From an uncultured Chlorobiaceae bacterium (GTDB lineage Bacteria; Bacteroidota; Chlorobiia; Chlorobiales; Chlorobiaceae), in the NCBI GenBank assembly GCA_903866255.1, contig CAIPMW010000029.1, forward strand, positions 13,689 through 77,688: 64,000 nt of DNA. The letters run 5' to 3'. The notes under the pieces were generated by a model, which had not been told where the DNA came from, made no database searches, and was given only the letters and a program-made list of their open reading frames with translations. The stretch's first letter is position 1. Every line of letters starts with the position of its first letter. Below are positions 21,725-32,806 of this stretch, piece after piece. The position numbers and the translations under genes were made by a program.

Positions 21725-23503
21725 TTAGTCCACGCTCGCCCTTCTCAACACCACACTGAACACCGAACCGTGGTTGAGGCGTGAGCGAACCTCAATGTCG
21801 CCTTTGTGGGCCAGGACAATATGCTTGACAATCGAGAGCCCGAGGCCGGTGCCGCCGTGCTGGCGTGAGCGTGCCTTGTCCACTCTGTAAAAGCGCTCGA
21901 AGATGCGGTCGAGATCCTGCTTCGCTATGCCGATTCCGTTATCTTCAATCTCTAACCGAACATCATCTCCACTTCTGAACGCTGTAATTCTGATTCTGCC
22001 ATTGCTATTGTCTAGATATTTGATAGCATTGTCGAGGAGGTTGCGGATAACAATGTCGAGATAACGGGCATCGGCATAAACGGGGGGGAGTTCCCTGGCT
22101 ATCTTGATATCCAGCCTGATCTGTTTTTTTTCAAGAGAGGGCTTCAGCAGATCAACCGATTTCATAAGAACACCGGCAAGGTCAACAGGTGCGAATTGGT
22201 AATCAATGTATCCAGATTCAATTTTGGAGAGGTCAAGCACGTCGTTGACGAGTGCCGTGAGCTGTTTGCTTGCCTGCAAGATTATTTTCAGGAATGGTGT
22301 TGCATGTTTTGGATCGTCCATGGCCCCTTCGAGCAAGGTTTCTGTATAGCCACTGATGACTGTCAGCGGAGTACGGAGTTCGTGTGACACACCGGAGACA
22401 AAATCACGCCGTATTTTTTCGAGGTTGCGGAGCTTTGTGATATCGTTCAGGACAAAAACGCTCCCTTCGAATTGGTTCTCTTTTAAGAGTGGCATGGAGC
22501 TGATCTGCATGATGCGTTCACCTTTTGTGGTCATCAGCGACATCTCCTCTTTACGCAAGGTGATATGGGTAGTGTGAACTCTTATAAACAGCTCCTGAAG
22601 CTTGTTATCCGAAAGTTGCCTGATCGGACGTGATTTGAACATGGCGCCATCAATCCGGAACATTCTCGATGCTGCGGGATTGACAAGAATGATGTTGCCG
22701 GAGGCATCGGTGACAATGATTGCTTCACGGATGCCCGAAAAAACAGCCTGATACCACTCCTCACTGCGTCGCATTGTTGTTATCTCATCAGCCATCCCTG
22801 TGATAGCACGTGCAATCGTTCCAATTTCATCGTGACGTTGGAAGAGGGAGGTGTTTACTGAAAAATAACCATCTTTGTTGTGTTTTATTGTTTCGGCAAG
22901 CGTGCTGAGTGGGCGGGCAAGAAGAAAGCTTGCAAGAATACCTGCGATAATGGATAACATGAGAGCAGGCAAGAGGGCCAGTGCGATCTCTTTCTCAACT
23001 CCACTCTCAAACAATTCAATATCATAGAGCGGTTTGCTGAATCGAAGGATAGCGCAGGGCTTGGGTATTCCAACAGGAACTGCCATATAGAGTGAATACT
23101 CTTGTACCGTTTGGCTGAAACGGGTATTCTCTCCATATCCCTTTTCAAGCGCTGCTTTTACCTCAACTCTTTGACGGTGGTTCTTAACAGTGGAAAGCTT
23201 TTCCTGTGGAACTGAAGAGTCAGAGAGTACCCTGCCGTCAAGATCAATCAGGGTAACCCGGATATCAAGTGTTCGTCCGATCTGCTTTATCCACGCATTG
23301 GTACGAGGCGTTGTTTTCCACCCCTCCGGCTGTTGTTGAAGTATCTGTCTGCTGAGCAGAAGATCTCGTTGAAGCTCTTGTTTTGTTGCTGTGGAGACTA
23401 TTTCTCTCAAGGTATCGCTGATTGAGAAAGAGCTGATGAGCATGGCACAAAAAACAATCAATCCGGTAGCAATACCAAATCTGAACGAGAGTTTAACCTG
23501 CAT
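21725..23503 (-). CDS. phoR: PhoR-type sensor histidine kinase (HAMP-PAS-HisKA-HATPase)
   Basis: [51 protein letters not shown]. Confidence 0.88.
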   Translation of the reverse strand: MQVKLSFRFGIATGLIVFCAMLISSFSISDTLREIVSTATKQELQRDLLLSRQILQQQPEGWKTTPRTNAWIKQIGRTLDIRVTLIDLDGRVLSDSSVPQEKLSTVKNHRQRVEVKAALEKGYGENTRFSQTVQEYSLYMAVPVGIPKPCAILRFSKPLYDIELFESGVEKEIALALLPALMLSIIAGILASFLLARPLSTLAETIKHNKDGYFSVNTSLFQRHDEIGTIARAITGMADEITTMRRSEEWYQAVFSGIREAIIVTDASGNIILVNPAASRMFRIDGAMFKSRPIRQLSDNKLQELFIRVHTTHITLRKEEMSLMTTKGERIMQISSMPLLKENQFEGSVFVLNDITKLRNLEKIRRDFVSGVSHELRTPLTVISGYTETLLEGAMDDPKHATPFLKIILQASKQLTALVNDVLDLSKIESGYIDYQFAPVDLAGVLMKSVDLLKPSLEKKQIRLDIKIARELPPVYADARYLDIVIRNLLDNAIKYLDNSNGRIRITAFRSGDDVRLEIEDNGIGIAKQDLDRIFERFYRVDKARSRQHGGTGLGLSIVKHIVLAHKGDIEVRSRLNHGSVFSVVLRRASVD

Positions 23504-24257
23504 GGTGGTCACCTGGCAATTCAAGCAGCGCTCTCACCTCTTCCCAGAGGTTCCGGTAGGCTTTTGAGGCTGGAGAGTTTGGCAGAACCGCATTGAGTGG
23601 CGAACGGTAGATACCCATCTTTTCAACTTCAGAGTTGTAGGGAATCGTTTGGGAGAGAAAGCCGGGAGTATTGCGGAATTCGTCGAGGATATCGCGATGC
23701 AGCTTTTTCTGTTTTTCGACCATGGAAAAAAATGGGCGTATTTTAGAGCTATCGAGTTTGTTGGCTTCAAAAAACTCTTTCAACTGAGTGAAGGTGCGCA
23801 TGGACAATGTTGTGGGAATCAATGGCACCAGAATAATATCGGAGGCGGCAAAGACACTTTCAGAGAGAAGTGTCAGGTTTGGCGGGCAGTCAAGAAAGAT
23901 AAACTGGTAGTCGTCACTCAGCTCTCCAAGGTTTTTTTTGAGTTTTTTTTGAGGTTTTTTCTCATCGGCGAGTTCGATGTCGAGATTTCTGTACGAAAAG
24001 TCGGAGGGAAGCATGTCAAGGTTCTCAAAATCGGTTGCCTTGATATTGCGGTATATCTTTTTGTTTCCCTTGAGAAATTTGTCGCTGTTGAACTTTTTGG
24101 ATGCGGCAATCCTGAAATAGAAAGAGCTTGCCCCTTGGGGATCAAGGTCGCAGATCAGGGTTGGGGGCGAGAGCTGGGAAGAGAGCCAGGAGAGGTTGAC
24201 CGCCGCCGCCGTTTTGCCGACACCACCCTTGATGCTGTAAAGCGCTATTGTCTTCAT
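23493..24257 (-). CDS. ParA/Soj-family ATPase (orphan)
   Basis: Deviant Walker A KGGVGKT, DLDPQG, Walker B FLDCPP. Confidence 0.92.
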   Translation of the reverse strand: MKTIALYSIKGGVGKTAAAVNLSWLSSQLSPPTLICDLDPQGASSFYFRIAASKKFNSDKFLKGNKKIYRNIKATDFENLDMLPSDFSYRNLDIELADEKKPQKKLKKNLGELSDDYQFIFLDCPPNLTLLSESVFAASDIILVPLIPTTLSMRTFTQLKEFFEANKLDSSKIRPFFSMVEKQKKLHRDILDEFRNTPGFLSQTIPYNSEVEKMGIYRSPLNAVLPNSPASKAYRNLWEEVRALLELPGDHHAG

Positions 24258-25816
24258 GTCGGAGTACAGGTTAAAAGATCGTGAAAGAGCTGGCTTGTCT
24301 CTTTGTGGTCAAATGAACTGAAGGTTGTATGAAATTTGAGGCGAGCAGCTTCCTGTTTCTGAAAGAGAGTTGTCATCAGTCCGCCTGTTGACGCAGCAAG
24401 TAACTTCTCTTCAGCCATTGTTGCAAGTTGTTCATGAAGAAAGTGGAGTTGAACGGCAAAATCAACAAAGTCACCAAGATTGTCCTGCAACTCTTTCAGT
24501 TGTCGGATTACTGGAGTGATGGTTTCTGACGGAAAAATTGAGAAAAAAAATTCAAGCAGATAGCGGAGTTTTTTACAATCAATCCGGAGAGCATGAAGCT
24601 CTTCATCAGTTGTTGCCCTGCTGATCCGCCGGCCATGGTGAATTACTTTTTTCCACGCTTTTCTGATATTTTCAACGGCAACCTCTTTTGTTGAACAGAA
24701 AGCATTTGGGGCTTGTTCAACATCAGGAAGTGCTTCATGATTGATGAATACCTCCCACTCTTTCAGAGATGAATGATAGTCGCGGGACGACAGATAATGG
24801 CAGAATTGTTTGTGCAATGGTTTGCGGGATGCTGCAATGTTTCGGAAAAAGAGCCTCAGAGATGGCTGCAGAAACGGAGGCAGATAGTTGAAATAGCTCT
24901 CCTTCCTGAGCAGATAGACATCCCTGTCGCGTAATTCGTTTGTTCGTTTGCCAAGATCCCTGAAGAGATTGAGGAAATAGATGGTTTCCCTGGAGTCAAA
25001 TACTCCCTGAAGCTGCTTCATAACCGAACGTGTCCGGCGTATGGCTACCCGATAATCGTGCAGAAACTCTGAATCAATATCTTTTTTTATACCCTTTTCA
25101 TTCAGTCGCATGACTGAACAGGTGAATTGTAAAAGTTGTCTGGCGCTTTCGTGAATGGGGGCATCAGGGTTGAGGGTAAGCATTATTTTTGCCGAATAGC
25201 CTTGAACGTTATGCCCGGCTTCACGCATGATCAACAGAAAGTACTCTCGGACATCAAGGGTAGTGGTTACTTCATCAAGGGTTGAAAACGATAGCGCAAC
25301 AGGAGTCATCTCATCCTCGTATCCCCTGAGAGGCGACAGAGAAAAGAGGTGGAGAAATGGTTCCTGGCTCTTGTTGTCCGCAATGTATAGTGATTCAGAG
25401 GTCAGGATCGCGACAGTTTTGTTGTTATCGTCAATAATACGGTGTGAATAACTGATTGCATCCAGCGTACAAAGTCTTGAAAATGCCCTGATATTGCTGC
25501 ACAAAGAGAGTTTTTCTCTAGCTGTTGAAGGGGGAAGAGCGTCCCAAAAAAAGGAGGTGAATGTATTGGAAAATGGCTCCGAGGTGATCCTCAGGCCGGT
25601 ATTGAGGTCGACAAGAAAAAGAGTTCCCTTTTTTTTTATTATCGCAACTTTTTTTTCAAAAGCCTGCCACTCAAAGGTGTCATAATACTCTCTTTGCTCT
25701 TTCGATGAAGAAACTGTTTTAAGTTTGAATCCTGTGAGAATTATTTTTTCAGATAGTTCCTCCAAAGAAATGGTACGGTTCAATCTGAAAGAGAGTGTTT
25801 TCGGGTTTGGAAGCAT
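24254..25816 (-). CDS. CHAD-domain protein with CYTH-like N-terminal region
   Basis: [38 protein letters not shown]; N-term YYDTF.W. Confidence 0.88.
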   Translation of the reverse strand: MLPNPKTLSFRLNRTISLEELSEKIILTGFKLKTVSSSKEQREYYDTFEWQAFEKKVAIIKKKGTLFLVDLNTGLRITSEPFSNTFTSFFWDALPPSTAREKLSLCSNIRAFSRLCTLDAISYSHRIIDDNNKTVAILTSESLYIADNKSQEPFLHLFSLSPLRGYEDEMTPVALSFSTLDEVTTTLDVREYFLLIMREAGHNVQGYSAKIMLTLNPDAPIHESARQLLQFTCSVMRLNEKGIKKDIDSEFLHDYRVAIRRTRSVMKQLQGVFDSRETIYFLNLFRDLGKRTNELRDRDVYLLRKESYFNYLPPFLQPSLRLFFRNIAASRKPLHKQFCHYLSSRDYHSSLKEWEVFINHEALPDVEQAPNAFCSTKEVAVENIRKAWKKVIHHGRRISRATTDEELHALRIDCKKLRYLLEFFFSIFPSETITPVIRQLKELQDNLGDFVDFAVQLHFLHEQLATMAEEKLLAASTGGLMTTLFQKQEAARLKFHTTFSSFDHKETSQLFHDLLTCTPT

Positions 25817-25828
25817 CGGTCTCCTGTG

Positions 25829-26491
25829 TCAGGTTGACTTGTTCAGCATGTCAATAATGTCGTCAGGGTGCCGGGCGAGGGCTTTTGCACCGTATGCAAG
25901 AAGCTCGCTTTCAGGTCGGAATCCCCAGAGTACGCCGAGTGGGAACATCCCCGCCCTTGTGGCGGTCAGCATATCTATGCCACTGTCCCCCACATATAGA
26001 ATTGATGAAGGCTCTACTCCAAGCATGCGGGCAACAAGGAGTGCGCCTGCCGGATCAGGTTTGTGAGCTATACCGCTGTGATGACCCATGACGACGTCGA
26101 AAGTCCACTTTTTAAGAAGCTCATCTGCACAGAGACGGGTAAAGTGATCAGCTTTATTTGAGAGAATAGCCATGATTATCCCTTTTTCGGTAATCGTGTC
26201 AAGCAGCGTATTGATGCCAGGATAGGGGCGTGAACAGACGTTCCAGTGGTCGGCATAGTGCGCTAAAAAGTCAGGAAGCAAGCGATTGATGGTCTCCTCG
26301 GTACCAATTCCTGCAGGAAGCGCTTTCCGTACCAGTTCACTCATTCCATGCCCGACAAGAAACTTGCACTTTTCGATCGTATGCACCGGATAACCATGCC
26401 GATCAAGTACGGTATTGAGCGTATTGAGAAGATCCTGCAGCGTATCGAGCAACGTTCCGTCAAGATCAAAGATAACAGCTTTGAAGGCCAT
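25829..26491 (-). CDS. HAD-family phosphatase (phosphoglycolate phosphatase-like)
   Basis: FDLDGTL, SNK, HKPDP, YVGDS.ID motifs. Confidence 0.92.
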   Translation of the reverse strand: MAFKAVIFDLDGTLLDTLQDLLNTLNTVLDRHGYPVHTIEKCKFLVGHGMSELVRKALPAGIGTEETINRLLPDFLAHYADHWNVCSRPYPGINTLLDTITEKGIIMAILSNKADHFTRLCADELLKKWTFDVVMGHHSGIAHKPDPAGALLVARMLGVEPSSILYVGDSGIDMLTATRAGMFPLGVLWGFRPESELLAYGAKALARHPDDIIDMLNKST

Positions 26492-26532
26492 AAGTTAGAT
26501 TGATTGAGCAATTCATGTTCTGCATTGGGCGC

Positions 26533-26567
26533 AAAAAAAGCACCCTGTGCGTTCTGCACAGGGTGCT
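26533..26567 (-). terminator. Rho-independent terminator of csmB
   Basis: Perfect 12-bp stem AGCACCCTGTGC / GCACAGGGTGCT followed by a U-tract on the minus strand. Confidence 0.85.
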
Positions 26568-26590
26568 CCCTTGGTTCAAAAGATGAACTC

Positions 26591-26815
26591 CTACTTTTTT
26601 GGTGCAATGGCTGATGATGCGCCCTGCAACACCTGTCCAATGGTATTTGATGCACTTCCAACAAGGTCAATTGCTGTCTTCGCCAGAGGCTCTACAACCT
26701 GGCCAACAGCTTTGACACCGGCGCTCAACAAGTCAACCTGCTGCTGGGCCAGCTTGCCAGCCGTATCAAAAAGGGCGCTTACTGCCGAAGAAAGATCGTT
26801 CGTTTCGTTTGCCAT
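26591..26815 (-). CDS. csmB: Chlorosome envelope protein, CsmB/CsmF family
   Basis: 74 aa, Ala/Val/Gly-rich amphipathic, VEPL.KTA.DLVGS and SSAIAPKK ending; own terminator. Confidence 0.8.
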   Translation of the reverse strand: MANETNDLSSAVSALFDTAGKLAQQQVDLLSAGVKAVGQVVEPLAKTAIDLVGSASNTIGQVLQGASSAIAPKK

Positions 26816-27114
26816 GGATGTTATTATTTTAGGGTTATTGGAAAAAAATTATCGTTTCAAAACATGTTCCTGTACACAATGTTTACATGCAGAATTCTTC
26901 TACGAGAATTTAATAAAATAAAGTTGTAGAAACCAACAGAAACTCTGCGTTGGAGATGATTCATTATGCTGTTTGTACGAAATGTTTCACACTTGTAACA
27001 GATGCGCCTTTGTTTTCTATGATGAAAGCTGATAGATTAGACTTCTCACAAAAATTACAGAGAGCAAACGTGTTGGTATGCAGTAATTATTAGTAAAGAA
27101 AATCATTCACGATT

Positions 27115-28278
27115 ATGGCTGGAGAGAGTGTCGGTGAGAGCAACCGGTCGAATGCTTTTGTGATGAGCGCCCGGAAACGAACAATGCAGAAGATTGCGCA
27201 AATAGCAGGGGAGTCTGTACTCTTTTCCGTTGCTGCGTTTGTTGCTGTCATTGTCCTTTTTATCTTTTATTTCGTGACGCGGGATGCAGTTCCTTTTTTC
27301 CAACTTCGAGGATTCAGTGAATTTTTCACCAGTTCGAACTGGTATCCGGCTGATGAACCAGGACAATTTGGTGCTCTTGCCATTATTTACGGTAGTTTGA
27401 TGGTGACGCTTGGTTCCGCCATCATTGCTGTGCCCATGGGTGTTGCAGCGGCAATATGCCTGAGTGATATTCTTCCCTTTTCAGTAAGACAGTATGCCAA
27501 ACCTGTCATTGAAATGCTTGCGGCTATTCCTTCGGTTGCCTTCGGCTTTTTTGCACTTGTTGTATTGGCTCCTCTTATGCAGAACAGTGGTGGTCCGATG
27601 CTTATGTGGGCCTGGTGGATTCTTGTTTCGCCATTTCTGCTTCTGGCCGTCATTGTTGGCTCTGATCTTTTGACTGCATCAATCAAGGAGGAAAAACGTC
27701 GTCAGCAACTCTATGTGCTCTTGCTTATTCTTTTTGGCCTGATTGCTGTTGTTCTTTTGTTCAAGGTTGGTTCTGTGCTCAACGGCATCCAGATTCTTAC
27801 CGGAACAAATGCTCTTAACGTCTCGATTATTCTGAGCTTCATGGCTCTTCCAACGATTGTCAGTGTCTCTGAAGATGCCCTTCAGGCTGTTGGGCGTGAC
27901 ATTCGTGAGGGAAGTTACGCCCTGGGAGCGACAAGGGCAGAAACAATTATCAAGACGATTCTTCCAGCGGCAAGCAGCGGCATTCTTGCAGCGGTTATTC
28001 TCGGAGTTATGAGAGCTCTTGGTGAAACGATGGTGGTCTGGATGGCTTCGGGCAACTCTTCTCATATTCCTGAGCCATGGTTCAACTATCTCGAAGCTAT
28101 TCGTACCCTGACCGCAACGATTGCCGGTGATATGGGCGAAGCTGATCAGGTAACGGGATCAGCCCGTTTTCATGTCCTTTTCGCGATGGGTCTTTTACTG
28201 CTGATTATCAGCTTTATCAGTAATCTGGTGAGTGAGAGAATTGTTGTTCGTCAGCGAAAAATACTCTCCGGCCAGTAA
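27115..28278 (+). CDS. pstC: Phosphate ABC transporter permease PstC
   Basis: FFTSSNWYP, EMLAAIPSV.FGFF, SYALGATR.ET, RALGETM. Confidence 0.93.
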   Translation: MAGESVGESNRSNAFVMSARKRTMQKIAQIAGESVLFSVAAFVAVIVLFIFYFVTRDAVPFFQLRGFSEFFTSSNWYPADEPGQFGALAIIYGSLMVTLGSAIIAVPMGVAAAICLSDILPFSVRQYAKPVIEMLAAIPSVAFGFFALVVLAPLMQNSGGPMLMWAWWILVSPFLLLAVIVGSDLLTASIKEEKRRQQLYVLLLILFGLIAVVLLFKVGSVLNGIQILTGTNALNVSIILSFMALPTIVSVSEDALQAVGRDIREGSYALGATRAETIIKTILPAASSGILAAVILGVMRALGETMVVWMASGNSSHIPEPWFNYLEAIRTLTATIAGDMGEADQVTGSARFHVLFAMGLLLLIISFISNLVSERIVVRQRKILSGQ

Positions 28279-28305
28279 TATGTTTTTCCATTAAACCTTT
28301 TGTTT

Positions 28306-29652
28306 ATGAATATTGGCACAAGGAAAATACTCGATCGTTCATTTACCGCTGTTGGTGTTGGATCAATCATTGTTATGGCATTGGCTCTTATGATTGTTGT
28401 TGTGCCAATTGTCTCGAATGGTATAGGTGCCATAATTTTTACGGGTACGATTGAGCACCGCAAGATGTTGCGCACTGAATTCCAGAGGGGTGACGTTCAA
28501 AATCTTGCAAGCGAGGTTGCCTCATCAGAACGATATCGGGCGAGGCTCTACGAGATACTCAACACCTTTGAGGGTGAACTTGAGACAATGGCCCCGGAAA
28601 AAAAGAGGGAGTATAAGTCACAATATTTACAGGTAAAAACAGCTCTTCAGGCTCTGTTAGGTCCATTGCCTGGTGACTCCGCGCCAATGCTGACCAGATT
28701 TAAATATGGCCAGACACGATGGGAAAAGGCGGAGGAGAAGTTGCATGAACTGCTTTATGAGTCAAAATGGGATAACTCAAATGCAGATATTATGGGCAAA
28801 GAGTACTTTGTGAGTAGGGCGAAAGCTTTTGAAGGCACCTCGCTTGCCCCCATGTTTCCCTACGTAAAAACTAATATCAGGAAGATGCTTCTCCCTGAGT
28901 TTACTGCCTATTGGGGATTTATTACGGACAGCTCGGTTGATTCGCACTTTTTCGGAGGTATCTGGCCGGAAATCCAGGGAACGTTTTTTCTTGCCATGGG
29001 TGCTATGCTTTTTGCATTTCCCCTTGGTGTTGTTGCTGCGGTCTATTTTACTGAATATGCCAAACCCGGGTTTTTAAATAGCATGCTCCGCAGTGCCAAC
29101 AGTACCCTTGCCGGCGTGCCAAGTATTGTCTTTGGAATGTTTGGTCTGGCCTTTTTTATCAACACAATGAGAGTCTCTGAATCAAAAAGTGTGATTGCCG
29201 GTTCACTGACACTGGCGATCATGATTTTACCGACTATCATACGTGCAGCGGAAGAGGCAATTCTGTCTGTCCCAAAAACCTACAGGGAGGCATCGCTCAG
29301 TCTTGGTTCCACTAAATGGAATACTATTGCGACAGTTATTATTCCGGCAGCGCTTCCCGGGATTCTTACTGGCGGGGTTATAAGTCTTGGCAGGGCAGCC
29401 GGGGAGACCGCTCCGATTATTTTTACTGCTGCAGTCAGTGTTGGCTCGGCTATAGGTCTTGCTGATGTTTTTTCGTCACCGACGCCAGCCCTCTCCTGGA
29501 ACATCTATAACCTTGCCAGTGAACATGAGGCGGCTGCGCAAATACGTCATGTCCAGTATGGCATGGTGCTTGCGCTGGTCACTATTGTATTGTTATTGAA
29601 CCTTTCAGCGATAGTACTGCGTGCTCGAATTTCAAAAAAATTGAAAGGCTAA
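28306..29652 (+). CDS. pstA: Phosphate ABC transporter permease PstA with large periplasmic insert
   Basis: GGIWP..GT, LAGVPSIVFG, EASLSLG.TKW, RAAGETAP. Confidence 0.93.
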   Translation: MNIGTRKILDRSFTAVGVGSIIVMALALMIVVVPIVSNGIGAIIFTGTIEHRKMLRTEFQRGDVQNLASEVASSERYRARLYEILNTFEGELETMAPEKKREYKSQYLQVKTALQALLGPLPGDSAPMLTRFKYGQTRWEKAEEKLHELLYESKWDNSNADIMGKEYFVSRAKAFEGTSLAPMFPYVKTNIRKMLLPEFTAYWGFITDSSVDSHFFGGIWPEIQGTFFLAMGAMLFAFPLGVVAAVYFTEYAKPGFLNSMLRSANSTLAGVPSIVFGMFGLAFFINTMRVSESKSVIAGSLTLAIMILPTIIRAAEEAILSVPKTYREASLSLGSTKWNTIATVIIPAALPGILTGGVISLGRAAGETAPIIFTAAVSVGSAIGLADVFSSPTPALSWNIYNLASEHEAAAQIRHVQYGMVLALVTIVLLLNLSAIVLRARISKKLKG

Positions 29653-29683
29653 CAACTTATAATTATTAAAGACTACTGATGTA

Positions 29684-30523
29684 ATGACAACTTCAGAAAG
29701 TGCGTCAGCAAAGAAAGCAACACGAGATATCTATCTGCCTCCTGAACGAAAAATGGTGGCAGGTGGGGGAGCGGCTCATATTGCAGCTAAAAATTTTTCT
29801 GTCTACTACAGTGAGTTTGAAGCGGTGAAAAAGGTCAGTGCGGATATTCTTTCGAAATATGTGACAGCCATTATCGGGCCGAGTGGATGTGGCAAGAGCA
29901 CCTTTTTGCGTGCTATAAACCGTATGAATGACCTTATTCCATGCTGCCACACCTCCGGTTCACTCCTGTTTGATGGTGAGGATATTTATGGAAAATATAC
30001 CGATGAGGTGCTGCTCCGCAAAAAGGTGGGGATGGTGTTCCAGAAACCAAACCCCTTTCCAAAATCTATTTTTGACAATATCGCTTACGGCCCTCGTTTG
30101 CATGGGGTGAGCGACAAGAAAAAGCTTATGGAGATTGTCGAGCGGAGCCTTAGAAAAGCAGCAATATGGGATGAGGTGTGCGACCGTCTCGACAAGAATG
30201 CGCTTGGGCTGAGCGGCGGACAGCAGCAACGGCTCTGCGTGGCCCGAACTCTTGCTGTTGAACCTGATGTGCTTTTGCTTGACGAGCCAACCTCAGCGCT
30301 TGATCCGAAAGCTACAGCAAAAATCGAGGATCTGATTCAGGAGCTGCGCGGCAGTTATACCATTATGATTGTAACGCACAATATGCAACAGGCATCAAGA
30401 GTGTCGGATTCCACTATGTTTTTTTACGAGGGTGTTCTTGTTGAGCATGCCTCTACGGCACAACTTTTCACTAATCCAAAAGATCCGATGACTGAAGATT
30501 ACATCACCGGAAGATTCAGCTAA
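29684..30523 (+). CDS. pstB: Phosphate ABC transporter ATPase
   Basis: [43 protein letters not shown]. Confidence 0.97.
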   Translation: MTTSESASAKKATRDIYLPPERKMVAGGGAAHIAAKNFSVYYSEFEAVKKVSADILSKYVTAIIGPSGCGKSTFLRAINRMNDLIPCCHTSGSLLFDGEDIYGKYTDEVLLRKKVGMVFQKPNPFPKSIFDNIAYGPRLHGVSDKKKLMEIVERSLRKAAIWDEVCDRLDKNALGLSGGQQQRLCVARTLAVEPDVLLLDEPTSALDPKATAKIEDLIQELRGSYTIMIVTHNMQQASRVSDSTMFFYEGVLVEHASTAQLFTNPKDPMTEDYITGRFS

Positions 30524-30543
30524 CGAAACCATCGTCAAGAATA

Positions 30544-31260
30544 ATGTCATCACGCCCGGTCCATGAGCTTATCAAAGAACTCTCAATGGTTCTTGTCCAG
30601 ATCTCGGACAAAGTTGTAGGAAACTTGTATAACGCACTTTATGCTGTCAAGCATCAGGATGAGCAGGGTGCTCGTCAGATAAGAATTGTCGATCAGGAGA
30701 TTGACGTGGCAGAGGTGACCCTCGAAGAGCGTTGTTTGGCATTTCTTGCCCTCCAGCAGCCAGTTGCAAGAGATCTCCGAACCATTATCACCATTATAAA
30801 GATTAACGACGACCTTGAACGCATTGGCGATCTTGCGGTACATATTATTGACCGTATGCCTGAAATCAGTCCTGAAATGCTTGAATCTTTCTCTTTTGAA
30901 GATATGGGCATGCAGGCCGGTGATATGGTGAAGAAATCCATTGAGGCATTTATCTCAAAAGATCGGATGCTTGCCGATGAGGTGTGTGCACTTGATGAAG
31001 GGATTGATGTGATGCACCGCTCGGTCTTCAAAAAGGTAACTGCATTAATGAAAAGTCCTGATTCTGATGTTGATCAGCTTATTGCCGCGCTCAGCATCTC
31101 AAGGTATATCGAACGTATGGCTGATCACGCATCAAGAATAGCTCATGAAGTCATCTATCTGGTTACCGGAGAGATTGTTCGCCATAGTGGGGGATTTTAC
31201 GAAAAGCTTATAGAATCAATTAACACGGATAATTCATCGGAGCACCACACAGGGGTATGA
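30544..31260 (+). CDS. phoU: Phosphate signalling protein PhoU
   Basis: QQPVARDLR, DLERIGDLA, YIERMADHA repeats. Confidence 0.95.
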   Translation: MSSRPVHELIKELSMVLVQISDKVVGNLYNALYAVKHQDEQGARQIRIVDQEIDVAEVTLEERCLAFLALQQPVARDLRTIITIIKINDDLERIGDLAVHIIDRMPEISPEMLESFSFEDMGMQAGDMVKKSIEAFISKDRMLADEVCALDEGIDVMHRSVFKKVTALMKSPDSDVDQLIAALSISRYIERMADHASRIAHEVIYLVTGEIVRHSGGFYEKLIESINTDNSSEHHTGV

Positions 31261-31333
31261 ATAATATTGCGTATGGACCCGTCATTCAGGAATGATACAT
31301 CAAAAGGTTATCTGAAATAAAAAGTGAAAACTC

Positions 31334-32791
31334 GTGATTAATTTTAACAAAAAAATACTGATTATTGGATTTGGGTCAGTATCTCAATGTACCGTCCCTC
31401 TTCTTTTTAAACACATCAACGTCGATTATACTCATGTCACTATTATGGACTTTGAGGATATTCGTGAAAAAGTATCGCCGTGGACAGCATTGGGCGTTAC
31501 TTACATTAATCATCAAATAACACCGTATAATATAGCACAAACCCTTTCGGCCTATGTTACCGATGGTGATTTGATCATAGATTTAGCGTGGAATATTGAT
31601 TGTTGTGAAATTCTTCAATGGTGTCATGATCATGGTGTTTTCTATATGAACACCTCGGTAGAGGTGTGGGATCCTTATACAGGGATTGAGACTCAGCATC
31701 CCACAGAAAGGACACTGTACTACCGGCACATGAACATCCGTCGCATGACTTCACAATGGAAAGAGAAAGGTGTCACTGCGGTGCTGGAGCATGGCGCCAA
31801 TCCGGGATTGATATCGCATTTTACCAAACAAGGGTTACTTGATATTGCCAGCGCAGTCATTGCCCGGAACAAGGTCGGCCCTCCCCAGGCCGAAATTATT
31901 AAAGAGTTGGCTGAAAAAAGAATTTTTAATGAACTTGCTATGGAGCTTGGCATCAAAGTGATTCATTGCTCCGAAAGGGACACGCAAATCTCTGACGTTC
32001 CAAAACAGGTTGACGAGTTTGTTAATACCTGGAGTGTTGAGGGATTCCGCGAAGAGGGGATGACAACGGCTGAAATGGGTTGGGGAACCCATGAAAAAGA
32101 GCTTCCGGAATTTGCCTATACCCATAAGGAAGGACCAAAAAACCAGATTTGTCTTGCTAAAATGGGGATGAATACTTGGGTGTGCTCCTGGGTTCCTGAT
32201 TATGATATACGTGGCATGGTGGTTCGCCATGGCGAGGCATTTACGATTTCAGACTACCTTACGGTCTCTAAAGAGGGGCAAGCCATCTACCGTCCGACGG
32301 TACATTACGCCTACTGTCCGAGTGATGCCGCTATTACCTCTCTTCATGAACTGCGTGGTTATGATTACAGACTTCAGTCCAAGTTCAGAATCATGAATGA
32401 TGAAATCACCAAGGGTTCAGATATTCTTGGCGCATTACTGATGGGTCATGCCTTTAATTCTTGGTGGACAGGCTCCGACCTGAGTATAGAGCAATCCAGA
32501 GCGCTGGTACCTCATCAGAATGCTACCACGATGCAGGTGGCAATATCCGTCGTCGCAGCCTGTATGTGGATGATAGAAAATCCTGACAGGGGGGTTGTTG
32601 TGCCGGATAATATCGATCATGAGTATATCCTTGGAATTGCAAAACCCTGGCTTGGCAACTTTATATCAAAAGCTTCCGATTGGACACCTTTAAAATACAA
32701 TCCCAACTTTTTTGCAGGGTTTAATACACCTGATATTGATGAAACGGATCCCTGGCAGTTCAAGAACTTCCTTATTACCAATAATGATTAA
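31334..32791 (+). CDS. hss: Homospermidine synthase
   Basis: IIGFGSV, EHGANPGLISHF, HCSERDTQ, NTWSVEGF, HGEAFTI, HYAY. Confidence 0.9.
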   Translation: MINFNKKILIIGFGSVSQCTVPLLFKHINVDYTHVTIMDFEDIREKVSPWTALGVTYINHQITPYNIAQTLSAYVTDGDLIIDLAWNIDCCEILQWCHDHGVFYMNTSVEVWDPYTGIETQHPTERTLYYRHMNIRRMTSQWKEKGVTAVLEHGANPGLISHFTKQGLLDIASAVIARNKVGPPQAEIIKELAEKRIFNELAMELGIKVIHCSERDTQISDVPKQVDEFVNTWSVEGFREEGMTTAEMGWGTHEKELPEFAYTHKEGPKNQICLAKMGMNTWVCSWVPDYDIRGMVVRHGEAFTISDYLTVSKEGQAIYRPTVHYAYCPSDAAITSLHELRGYDYRLQSKFRIMNDEITKGSDILGALLMGHAFNSWWTGSDLSIEQSRALVPHQNATTMQVAISVVAACMWMIENPDRGVVVPDNIDHEYILGIAKPWLGNFISKASDWTPLKYNPNFFAGFNTPDIDETDPWQFKNFLITNND

Positions 32792-32806
32792 TACAGGACA
32801 CACCTG

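Noticed and set aside
26974-27000. Pho-box-like TGTTTCA-N4-TGTAACA upstream of pstC
   Set aside because: Only two weak half-sites in AT-rich DNA and the Chlorobi PhoB consensus is unknown to me
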